Shown piece by piece: positions 18,205 to 25,832 of a stretch of 64,000 bases of DNA. Every line of letters begins with the position of its first letter. Within the stretch, counting starts at the first letter, position 1. This DNA is from a virus. A program made the translations under genes and the position numbers. Location: IMG/VR virus record IMGVR_UViG_3300038428_000280, positions 21,161-85,160 of that record. The stretch is one strand, 5' to 3'. Below the pieces are notes generated by a model that ran no database searches, was not told the DNA's origin, and saw only the letters and a program-made list of their open reading frames with translations.

Positions 18205-18972
18205 TTAAGATAGACTTAATTTCTTGACAGCCTTTCGTTTGTCATATAGGTCTTTGAAGATTTTATCAAGTTCCGGCGTATTGGCCACCGCCACGCTCTT
18301 CTGCTTTTCAGCAATCATTTCATCAAGAACCGCTTTTGTTTTGGAAAAAGTGGTTTCATCAACTTTCATTTTTTTATCATCAATGTTTAACATATGGAGC
18401 CTACTGTAATAATGGGGGTCTTCTTTCATGTTTTTCAATACGGTTTGTTTAGCTATGGCTTTGTCTTTTTTGACCATTTGACTTAATTCGTATTGAAGCG
18501 CTGACATTATTTCATCAGGAGAAGGCGTTTGTTTCTTTCCCTGAAATAATTGGTCAACTTGTGGGTCAAATCGGGCATCGGGATTAAGAGGTCGTTCAGA
18601 TTGTGCTTTATCCGCCGCACCAGCAGGACTCATGATTTGATTGCCCATTTTTTGTCCAGCTACTCCTTCGCCACCATCGGTTTCTTTATCCTGAACAATT
18701 TTACCATCGGGATATCCTGTTATTGTCTTACTTCCTTGACCATCTTTGTCAGGCCTGTCAGGCATAGAAGGAACAGCAGAGCCGGAACTTGTGTTGGGTT
18801 GAAAATGGTCTTGGGTTTTGTCGGATGAAGAGAACTTGGATGGATTTTGCGTAATATTTCCACCGCCGGGAGTACCATACCCCGTTTGGTAATTCAATGT
18901 CCCGCTACCACCACCGGGTGCTCCATCTATAGCGTTTTCTCTAATGATTCTTTTAATGACTCTTTTTGCCAT
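18205..18972 (-). CDS. putative virion protein with DUF5661-like domain
   Basis: ELSQMVKKDKAIAKQTVLKNMKEDPHYYSRL; late motif 4 nt upstream. Confidence 0.6.
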   Translation of the reverse strand: MAKRVIKRIIRENAIDGAPGGGSGTLNYQTGYGTPGGGNITQNPSKFSSSDKTQDHFQPNTSSGSAVPSMPDRPDKDGQGSKTITGYPDGKIVQDKETDGGEGVAGQKMGNQIMSPAGAADKAQSERPLNPDARFDPQVDQLFQGKKQTPSPDEIMSALQYELSQMVKKDKAIAKQTVLKNMKEDPHYYSRLHMLNIDDKKMKVDETTFSKTKAVLDEMIAEKQKSVAVANTPELDKIFKDLYDKRKAVKKLSLS

Positions 18973-19021
18973 ATCATATAAATAGTATGGATAATAAAGA
19001 AACTATTATATATGACCGCAT

Positions 19022-19049
19022 AAAAAACCGACATCACAAGATGCCGGTC
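19022..19049 (-). terminator. intrinsic terminator (minus strand)
   Basis: ACCGGCATC-TTGT-GATGTCGGT followed by a T run on the minus strand. Confidence 0.7.
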
Positions 19050-19176
19050 AAACAGAAACTTTCCTCAATTATTTGTTCGGGTCATTCTATGAAACAATCA
19101 TGAACAAAATAAAGTTCAAATGTTTGAGGGTTATACTCACAAATAATCGAGCTTATAATTTCGGTTGTATTTTAAA

Positions 19177-19314
19177 TCATTCTTCGTTTACAGGTATGGT
19201 AAATATCCACCTAAAAGGTTGATGAACTATCAAATCCACAGGCCAAGCAAAAACTGCAAAAAGCCAATTCGGAACCCATTTTCTTTTTATTGCTATCAGT
19301 TCGTAATTAGCCAT
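19177..19314 (-). CDS. small hydrophobic protein (45 aa, not in ORF track)
   Basis: MANYELIAIKRKWVPNWLFAVFAWPVDLIVHQPFRWIFTIPVNEE; ATG 3 nt after the upstream stop. Confidence 0.45.
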   Translation of the reverse strand: MANYELIAIKRKWVPNWLFAVFAWPVDLIVHQPFRWIFTIPVNEE

Positions 19315-19317
19315 ATT

Positions 19318-19569
19318 TTAAAGGTATTGCGGTTCGTCCACATAAATGTTTTCGGAAATCAATTCCAAATTTATTTCTTCTACACTAATTTTACCTGCTC
19401 TCAAATAAAATATCTTGTAATTACCACCACCCCTAATTTTTGAAAGTTGACATTGAACAGATCCTTCATTTGGTAAATCATAACAATTGCCTTCAACATA
19501 ATTTTCACTTCTGTCCCATCTATCGTGTAGCTTTTTAGCAAAATGCTTTTTCCATTCGTGTATTCTCAT
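19318..19569 (-). CDS. hypothetical protein
   Basis: 83-aa ORF in operon context. Confidence 0.55.
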   Translation of the reverse strand: MRIHEWKKHFAKKLHDRWDRSENYVEGNCYDLPNEGSVQCQLSKIRGGGNYKIFYLRAGKISVEEINLELISENIYVDEPQYL

Positions 19570-19570
19570 A

Positions 19571-20137
19571 TTATCTAATTTCCGGTTTCAGTAACTTCCA
19601 TCGGTCACTGTTTGTTTTTACAAACCCATTGTCTATGTGTTTAATCATGTCAATCACATCTTCAATGTTATCGTAAATGTATTTGTGAGGAACAACGCCC
19701 ATAAGCCAAAGTGGGCATTTTGATTTGCCACCTTCCACCGATAAAAACAACGGTTTCTTCTCACGAATGATTGTGGTTATTTCTTCAGCGCTACCCCACG
19801 AAGCTACGTCAGGAATAATGTGAGCAATGAAAAAATCACAAATGTCGCACAGTCTCAAATCATAACCACGAACATCCCACATGCGTTGTTGAACCAAATC
19901 ATATTGACCTGTTTCCATCCAATGTTTCAGGTCGTCTCTAGCCGATTCATCTTCCGGTATATCGTGAACAAACGGTTTGTAATATGGGTCAAAGAATCTT
20001 ATGCCACAGTATTTCAATTTTTGTTTAACGATTTCTCTCCAAGGCCGGCCATTTGCATACTGCATGTGGCCTATCAAATAACATCGTGTTCCACGAAGAA
20101 TATGAACTTTTGGCGTGATCTTTTTTGCGACGGCCAT
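19571..20137 (-). CDS. nucleoside 2-deoxyribosyltransferase-like / nucleotide N-hydrolase fold protein
   Basis: YLIGHM..WRE..FFDP..DL..CD..SWGSAEE pattern. Confidence 0.6.
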   Translation of the reverse strand: MAVAKKITPKVHILRGTRCYLIGHMQYANGRPWREIVKQKLKYCGIRFFDPYYKPFVHDIPEDESARDDLKHWMETGQYDLVQQRMWDVRGYDLRLCDICDFFIAHIIPDVASWGSAEEITTIIREKKPLFLSVEGGKSKCPLWLMGVVPHKYIYDNIEDVIDMIKHIDNGFVKTNSDRWKLLKPEIR

Positions 20138-20160
20138 AACCTCTTTTTTAATAACAATTC

Positions 20161-20445
20161 TTATCCCTGATTTGAGCGAGCAACAATTTCCAAGGCTAAA
20201 TCATATTTAGCCGTAAATTGAAGTATCTCCTTCATTTCCAATACCGGAGCATACTCACAATAAATTTCAAGTGTATTTTTCATGTGCATAGGATGTTGTT
20301 GAACAATCTCTGCACGACGAAACCATTGCTTGTTTTTGGAATTATCGTAAAATTCACCTAGAGCTAGTCTTAACCTGTCCGGCAATTGTTTATAATGATG
20401 CGGCAGCTCTATGTGATTGACCTGTTCGGTTGGTTGATTTTCCAT
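20161..20445 (-). CDS. hypothetical protein (paralog of 20454-20702)
   Basis: LGEFYD..KN..WF.RAE...HP.H.K.TL..YC...P.LE.KEI.QF...Y.LALEI shared. Confidence 0.75.
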   Translation of the reverse strand: MENQPTEQVNHIELPHHYKQLPDRLRLALGEFYDNSKNKQWFRRAEIVQQHPMHMKNTLEIYCEYAPVLEMKEILQFTAKYDLALEIVARSNQG

Positions 20446-20453
20446 AATTTTCC

Positions 20454-20702
20454 TTATTTTTTATTCGGGCGAATAATAATTTCCAATGCCAAATTATAAG
20501 TGGCTGCAAATTGAACTATTTCCTTTCTTTCCAAAGCCGGTTCAAAATCACAATAGACTTGAAGTGTAGGCTTTAAATGGTCAGGATGCATTTCCATCAA
20601 CTCAGCTCTGTAAAACCACGGTCTATTTTTGTAGAGGTCGTAAAATTCACCAAGGATTCTTTTATGCTCTCTTCCTTCCGGTAACTTTCTTGGCAGTTCC
20701 AT
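20454..20702 (-). CDS. hypothetical protein (paralog of 20161-20445)
   Basis: Same shared motif. Confidence 0.75.
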   Translation of the reverse strand: MELPRKLPEGREHKRILGEFYDLYKNRPWFYRAELMEMHPDHLKPTLQVYCDFEPALERKEIVQFAATYNLALEIIIRPNKK

Positions 20703-20710
20703 AATTTTTC

Positions 20711-21694
20711 TTATTTTAAATGTTTCAGTATCTTATACATACACGCTAAAAATGTTATATCTCTAACTTTTGGTATAACTAGCCCCGATTGATATATAGA
20801 ATCAGCTAATTCATATATAATTAATGCTTCTTTTCCTTTGGCATATTCTTCCACCTTATCAAACAAATATCTATAAACCGTCTCCAATGACCCTGCATCA
20901 AATTCGGTGGTTATTTGACGAATTTCATTGAATACACCAGCTTTATTTGGTGTTTTTAGCAAATCAACTAATTTGTTCAGCATGTCCATTTCCACGGCAT
21001 TTTCCTTGGAAATCTTGATTTTAAGAACTGTATTTCCCGTATCATCCACTGTTTCGATGGTTGATTGTTGAGCAAAATTGATTACTTTTCTGATGTCAGG
21101 ATAGTAAGTGTTGACAATGAAAACAATATCTTCCTGCGTAAATGACACCTTTTCATTTTGCAAAATTTCCACCAATCTAAGTGCTACTTCCTTTTTGGAG
21201 ATTGGCTTGATTTCAAACGATTGCATCCTTGATGAAATCGGGTCAATCATTTTTTCCACATAATTACATGTTAGAATGAATCGTGTATGGGCTGAATAAG
21301 TCTCCAGCATGTTTCTAAGAATGCCTTGTGCATCCTGAGACAATCTATCGGCTTCGTCAAGAATGATGACTTTAAGAGGATAAAATCCCGCTGATGAAGC
21401 ATAATTCTTCATTTTGACTCTTACATCCTCGACACCATTTTGGTCTGATGCATTGATGTACATTGAATCACATTGGACATTATTTGTGAGAATTTTTGCC
21501 AAGGAAGTTTTACCCGTTCCAGCAGGGCCAAACAACAAAATATGCTGAAAATCACCCTTTTTGATAAATTGGGAAAATTTCTCCTTTACACTGTCATTAC
21601 CAATGAAAGCATCCATTGTAGTTGGTCTATATTTCTCCACCCACAATGAATGGTCTCTCTTGGGGACTCTACTTTCTTCAACCAAAAAATCCAT
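20711..21694 (-). CDS. clamp loader AAA+ subunit (T4 gp44/RFC-like)
   Basis: LWVEKYRP, GPAGTGKTS, INASD, DEAD, FILTCNY, SR. Confidence 0.92.
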   Translation of the reverse strand: MDFLVEESRVPKRDHSLWVEKYRPTTMDAFIGNDSVKEKFSQFIKKGDFQHILLFGPAGTGKTSLAKILTNNVQCDSMYINASDQNGVEDVRVKMKNYASSAGFYPLKVIILDEADRLSQDAQGILRNMLETYSAHTRFILTCNYVEKMIDPISSRMQSFEIKPISKKEVALRLVEILQNEKVSFTQEDIVFIVNTYYPDIRKVINFAQQSTIETVDDTGNTVLKIKISKENAVEMDMLNKLVDLLKTPNKAGVFNEIRQITTEFDAGSLETVYRYLFDKVEEYAKGKEALIIYELADSIYQSGLVIPKVRDITFLACMYKILKHLK

Positions 21695-21696
21695 AA

Positions 21697-21873
21697 TTAG
21701 ATAAATTTGACCTTGCGAGTGCTAACTTTGGATTTCAAAATTTTTCTAGCACGGGGAAGTTCCGCTGTGATTTCTTTTTTGGTGAGAACTTCCTTGAACC
21801 ACGGCCCAATCCATTCACCGTGACTCTTGTAAAATAGACCGTAATAATTTTGTTGAGTTTGATTCGTTTTCAT
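21697..21873 (-). CDS. small basic hypothetical protein (58 aa, not in ORF track)
   Basis: MKTNQTQQNYYGLFYKSHGEWIGPWF...; AAGGA SD upstream. Confidence 0.55.
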   Translation of the reverse strand: MKTNQTQQNYYGLFYKSHGEWIGPWFKEVLTKKEITAELPRARKILKSKVSTRKVKFI

Positions 21874-21905
21874 GTTATTTCCTTTGTTTTAATTTATTGT
21901 TATTA

Positions 21906-22655
21906 TTAATCTTCCACTTCGGTTTTAACCAAATAATATTGACTCTTGAAACCGCTTGCATCAAAAGCTATTCCTGCCAAACCGGCTTCTGATACTCCAA
22001 GAACAGAGTCACTTACCTCACTATTTGCGGCAAAAATTTCCTTAAGATGTTTAGCATTGAAACTGATTGGATTCTTTACGGTATCCTTGCCCGCAGTCGT
22101 GGTGATTTCCAAGGCAATTCGGTCAGAGAGGTTCTTTTCCTTGTAACCCAAAATCATTTCCAATTTTTGTTTCTTCTTGTTCATAATGAGCGTGAACAAC
22201 GCATCCTTGTCATCCACACCACTAAATGCTTTGTTAAAGGCGCCAACCAATTCTGCGTTACAAACGACCTCGACGGTGAACGGTGGAATCGTTTTCATGG
22301 TTGGTGCAGCTTCGACACCATCAACGCCCGCAGCAACATATGTGACCACATATTTTCCATCATCCACAATTACCTTGCGAACCCTTGTCTTGTCGTTTTC
22401 ATCCATGTCCAAGGTAAATGAAATATTATCGGAAAGAACAGGTAACATCCCTTTGAATTTGTTGGTGTCTTGAATGCCGATTTCAAGGCCTGTGAAAAAC
22501 GCTCCCTTTTCCAACCGAACAGAATCAAACAACTTTCTGTCGGAACTCATCGCTCTCACCATTAAATCGTTGTTGTCGGCATACCATCTGACGCCTTCAA
22601 CGATGCCACCCAAATGATATTTTTTAATAAATGTTTCAATATTTTTCTTTTCCAT
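21906..22655 (-). CDS. DNA sliding clamp (T4 gp45/PCNA-like)
   Basis: About 250 aa, beta-rich, C-terminal SEAGL..IAF...YYLV as in clamps; adjacent to the clamp loader; GGAG SD. Confidence 0.65.
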   Translation of the reverse strand: MEKKNIETFIKKYHLGGIVEGVRWYADNNDLMVRAMSSDRKLFDSVRLEKGAFFTGLEIGIQDTNKFKGMLPVLSDNISFTLDMDENDKTRVRKVIVDDGKYVVTYVAAGVDGVEAAPTMKTIPPFTVEVVCNAELVGAFNKAFSGVDDKDALFTLIMNKKKQKLEMILGYKEKNLSDRIALEITTTAGKDTVKNPISFNAKHLKEIFAANSEVSDSVLGVSEAGLAGIAFDASGFKSQYYLVKTEVED

Positions 22656-22685
22656 AGTTATATTCTCCAATGATTCTTCATCTTA

Positions 22686-23084
22686 TCACAGCTGTTGTAT
22701 TTTGTCTATTTTTTTTAAAAGATTGGGCGTTTCAAAAATATTTCCGATGATTTCAACGGTTCCTTCAATCATTCTTTGTGTAAACGACATACTTAATAAT
22801 GCAGACCCACAATCAGCAATATACGCACCACGACAAAATTTTACTTCGGCTATTTTAGGAATAAATTCTGATTTGGCATGATTTGTTATTATATCACCTT
22901 CATAAATCTCTTTACCATTTTGGTCTTTGAAACCGGTATATTGCATTACTTCACAATCTTCTGTCCATTCATCACCACACTCATATTGAATAGCATCCAA
23001 TATGATGTCTTCATTACCAAACCAATTATAAATTTTCTTTTCTGATTTAACCCAAATTCTAAATCTTATTTCTCTATTATTCAT
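22686..23084 (-). CDS. YopX family protein
   Basis: REIRFRIW, MQYTGFKDQNGKEIYEGDI, EIIGNIFETPNLL. Confidence 0.9.
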   Translation of the reverse strand: MNNREIRFRIWVKSEKKIYNWFGNEDIILDAIQYECGDEWTEDCEVMQYTGFKDQNGKEIYEGDIITNHAKSEFIPKIAEVKFCRGAYIADCGSALLSMSFTQRMIEGTVEIIGNIFETPNLLKKIDKIQQL

Positions 23085-23626
23085 ATGAATGTATCCAAGG
23101 TTATCTTGGGTTTTACAGGTGCTTCGTCAGGAATGCACAATTGAATAGCTACACCAAACTTTTCAGCAAAAGGTTTTAATTCAGCTTCAATAAGACATTT
23201 TAGTTCTGTTCTTTCAGGTGGTGGAGTAAAACCGATGACTTTTCCATACGGCCCCCGCCTTCCATTTTTTCCCCCAAGAAGAGGCATGTTCACAGATTTT
23301 ATGTCATTTTCCAAAATGGCAAGTTTCAATGATTTGATTGACGCATCAATCCATTCAAGGGTGCTCCAATACTTCCAATCATCCTTCACCGCCAAGCCAA
23401 GAAGATAGACATGATGTTCCAAATCAAAATATGTGTAACAATCGCCGGGACGAATTCCATGTTTGGAACATTTCTCCTTGTAATCTTCAAACATCTTTGG
23501 ATAACGTTTTTTGAACTCCAAAGCAATACCGGCACCCATAACTCCCACACAGTTAATGGTATTTACGTAGGCATCAGCAGGAGTGTCAAAGATGGATTTG
23601 TAACTGATGATAAATCTTTCACCCAT
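23081..23626 (-). CDS. macrodomain ADP-ribose glycohydrolase (DarG-like)
   Basis: VNTINCVGVMGAGIALEFKKRYP, MPLLGGKNG. Confidence 0.85.
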   Translation of the reverse strand: MGERFIISYKSIFDTPADAYVNTINCVGVMGAGIALEFKKRYPKMFEDYKEKCSKHGIRPGDCYTYFDLEHHVYLLGLAVKDDWKYWSTLEWIDASIKSLKLAILENDIKSVNMPLLGGKNGRRGPYGKVIGFTPPPERTELKCLIEAELKPFAEKFGVAIQLCIPDEAPVKPKITLDTFI

Positions 23627-23637
23627 ATTATAAAATA

Positions 23638-23853
23638 TTATTGAACTTCTCCTTCTTTGTACAGTTTATTTACAATGCGTTCTATTATTTTCTTTGACTC
23701 TTCCAATAATTCTTTTCTGTCAGGTGTTGAAGAGTCGTTATTAATCAACAATGACAACGCATTAATATAGTTACCACCATACGGCGTAGGAACTAGCATA
23801 ATACAACTTGGTTTTTGGTAATATTCAAAACCGAATATTTTTTCCTTATTCAT
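23638..23853 (-). CDS. hypothetical protein
   Basis: 71-aa ORF. Confidence 0.5.
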   Translation of the reverse strand: MNKEKIFGFEYYQKPSCIMLVPTPYGGNYINALSLLINNDSSTPDRKELLEESKKIIERIVNKLYKEGEVQ

Positions 23854-23866
23854 AATTTATATATTT

Positions 23867-24664
23867 CTATCCGAAAAACGGATTTTCTTTTCTTTTATAA
23901 GAATCAACATTTTTTTTATTAATGTTGACTACACCCAAATTAATTTTTGGAAATTCTTTAATGGTTTCATAACCGCCATCAACTTGTTTTTTCCATTCCA
24001 AATCTTTTTCTTTTGGATAGTCTATTGTCCATTTAACCGTTGATTTGTCAAGCATTTTCCTAGCCACCTTCGACAACGGCATAATGTACCTGAATTGTTT
24101 TCCCCTTATTCTAACGATGCCTTTCGTTTTCATAAAATCACGGGTCAACCAAAATATTTTTTCCTTATTACAAAACTTAGCGTTTTCAACACAAAGGTTG
24201 TGTGCGGTTCTTGGATGAATCTTTTCACCATCAGGGCCAATATAAATGTCTGTCCATATAAAGCCACCATATAAAAAATTGGCAGACTGATAAACATAAC
24301 CACATTTTCCCACAATGCCATCTGCCCAAGTATATAAAAACAATCTTTCCGGCAAATTTATTTTCATCCATTTGACTACTGCTGATAGCATTTGTGACTC
24401 GGAATTTTTTGGCATTTCAGGAAGCATACACATTTTGCCAATTTCATAATAGTCCTTGGTGGTAAGTGCAGGAAAAAGTTTTCGAATGGTCGCAAGGGGT
24501 TGTGTTCCCCAACCAAGAGTCAGAACGCCAACCATTTTATCTCCAATGAATACACCAAGATAATGTTTGGTAAGTCGGGGCATTACTTTTGAGTAATGAT
24601 GTTCTTGAACTAATTCGGCTGCGGTGTATTTGTTTACTTTCTTGATTTTGAAATCAAATTTCAT
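23867..24664 (-). CDS. Mom-like DNA modification GNAT-fold protein
   Basis: EHHYS, EIGKMC...KNSESQMLS, WADG..G..GYVYQSANFLYGG, K.FRY. Confidence 0.7.
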   Translation of the reverse strand: MKFDFKIKKVNKYTAAELVQEHHYSKVMPRLTKHYLGVFIGDKMVGVLTLGWGTQPLATIRKLFPALTTKDYYEIGKMCMLPEMPKNSESQMLSAVVKWMKINLPERLFLYTWADGIVGKCGYVYQSANFLYGGFIWTDIYIGPDGEKIHPRTAHNLCVENAKFCNKEKIFWLTRDFMKTKGIVRIRGKQFRYIMPLSKVARKMLDKSTVKWTIDYPKEKDLEWKKQVDGGYETIKEFPKINLGVVNINKKNVDSYKRKENPFFG

Positions 24665-24669
24665 GAAAA

Positions 24670-24912
24670 TTATTCGGCATCATAAAATCTATCACCATTA
24701 ACATCTGTTATTGGTTTAACATCAGTTGGTAAAGATTCGTCCCACTCAAACTTTGGATGAAAGTCGCCATCACCATCTGCATATATTGTCACTTTGCGGG
24801 ATGCTCCAATTCTGCCAAGATATGCCATGTATTTTAACATAGCTAAAAAATGAGGAACCCACCTATCTTTCATGGTACATTTAATTGTAAAGGTTTTATC
24901 GGTGTCTTTCAT
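24670..24912 (-). CDS. phage hypothetical protein
   Basis: RW..HFL.MLKYM..LG..G.SR....YADGDGDF.PKF. Confidence 0.65.
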   Translation of the reverse strand: MKDTDKTFTIKCTMKDRWVPHFLAMLKYMAYLGRIGASRKVTIYADGDGDFHPKFEWDESLPTDVKPITDVNGDRFYDAE

Positions 24913-25199
24913 AATTTTTCTATCTTTTCAATAAATCGTTTATCACAAGACTCCCAAGATAAGTCACAATTTTGAATATCTTGTTTAAGAATAGTTAATA
25001 CTCTTGATTTACAAAGTTGGAAAGCTATGGTATATCCGTTTTTAAGACCTAAAGAATAACCACTACTAAAAGCATTACTAACATTTTTCTCTTTTTTTAG
25101 ATTGTCTTCATATTCACGCATTTCTGCTTCCGTGCATTTGCATACATCATAATGGTCCCAACAACGGGGACAGTGGCTATATGGTGTTCCTATAGACAT
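24909..25199 (-). CDS. hypothetical protein
   Basis: 96-aa ORF with N-terminal CPRC..CKC. Confidence 0.55.
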   Translation of the reverse strand: MSIGTPYSHCPRCWDHYDVCKCTEAEMREYEDNLKKEKNVSNAFSSGYSLGLKNGYTIAFQLCKSRVLTILKQDIQNCDLSWESCDKRFIEKIEKL

Positions 25200-25201
25200 A
25201 C

Positions 25202-25390
25202 TTACAATTTTTCAATTTTCGTGCTTTCACATTTTATATGGTTATAATAAAAATCGTTACCACAATAAAAGCATTGTATATTTTTAAAACTACTTACATT
25301 AGTAACAATATTTTCAATTTGTGTTGCGCCACACCAAGGGCATTCAACTTTTATCTTTTCCCATTTATTTTTAAATACAGCAACACTCAT
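25202..25390 (-). CDS. small Zn-ribbon protein
   Basis: CPWCG...CFYCG. Confidence 0.6.
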   Translation of the reverse strand: MSVAVFKNKWEKIKVECPWCGATQIENIVTNVSSFKNIQCFYCGNDFYYNHIKCESTKIEKL

Positions 25391-25575
25391 TTTAATGTTT
25401 TTCCAATACTTGGATGGCTCTGAACTTCACTTGTAACAAGATTGCGAACTTTTGAATTGATTCGTTCAAAAAATTCCTTACCCACACGGGTAAAACGTCC
25501 TGCTCGGTTGGCTTTAGCATAGTCCAAAGCAAGTTTTTTAATAGCGGCTCGGTTGATGTACGGGGTTGTATTCAT
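25387..25575 (-). CDS. putative minimal histone-fold protein
   Basis: 62-aa basic protein: short helix (INRAAIKKLA), RV loop, long helix, KTL loop; own promoter. Confidence 0.55.
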   Translation of the reverse strand: MNTTPYINRAAIKKLALDYAKANRAGRFTRVGKEFFERINSKVRNLVTSEVQSHPSIGKTLK

Positions 25576-25583
25576 AATCGGTC

Positions 25584-25612
25584 ATTCTATCATAACCACC
25601 TATTTTAGTCAA
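25584..25612 (-). promoter_or_regulatory. sigma70-like promoter, near-leaderless
   Basis: TTGACT-17-TAGAAT with extended TG; ATG 8 nt downstream. Confidence 0.7.
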
Positions 25613-25631
25613 ATATTATTCGGTATTCATT

Positions 25632-25832
25632 TTAATTCTTGTTTATAAAAACTACACGGCATTCATCATTATGAATGACATACGTTCCCACTATCTTACC
25701 ATCAGCGGGAAGTTCTTTCAGAGGAGTTTCTATATGTAAAATAAACCATCCCTTAACTGAATTGTTGTCAGAGAATCTCTCTAATAAACAATAGGTATTA
25801 TCTTCTTGTTCGGATTTTAAATATTCTTTCAT
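25632..25832 (-). CDS. hypothetical protein
   Basis: 66 aa, ATGA-coupled to the polymerase stop. Confidence 0.55.
   Translation of the reverse strand: MKEYLKSEQEDNTYCLLERFSDNNSVKGWFILHIETPLKELPADGKIVGTYVIHNDECRVVFINKN

Noticed and set aside
19050-19180. Possible ncRNA or pseudogene in the gap before the terminator
   Set aside because: Only a short interrupted frame (ATG ATT TAA then about 30 codons) and no convincing structure
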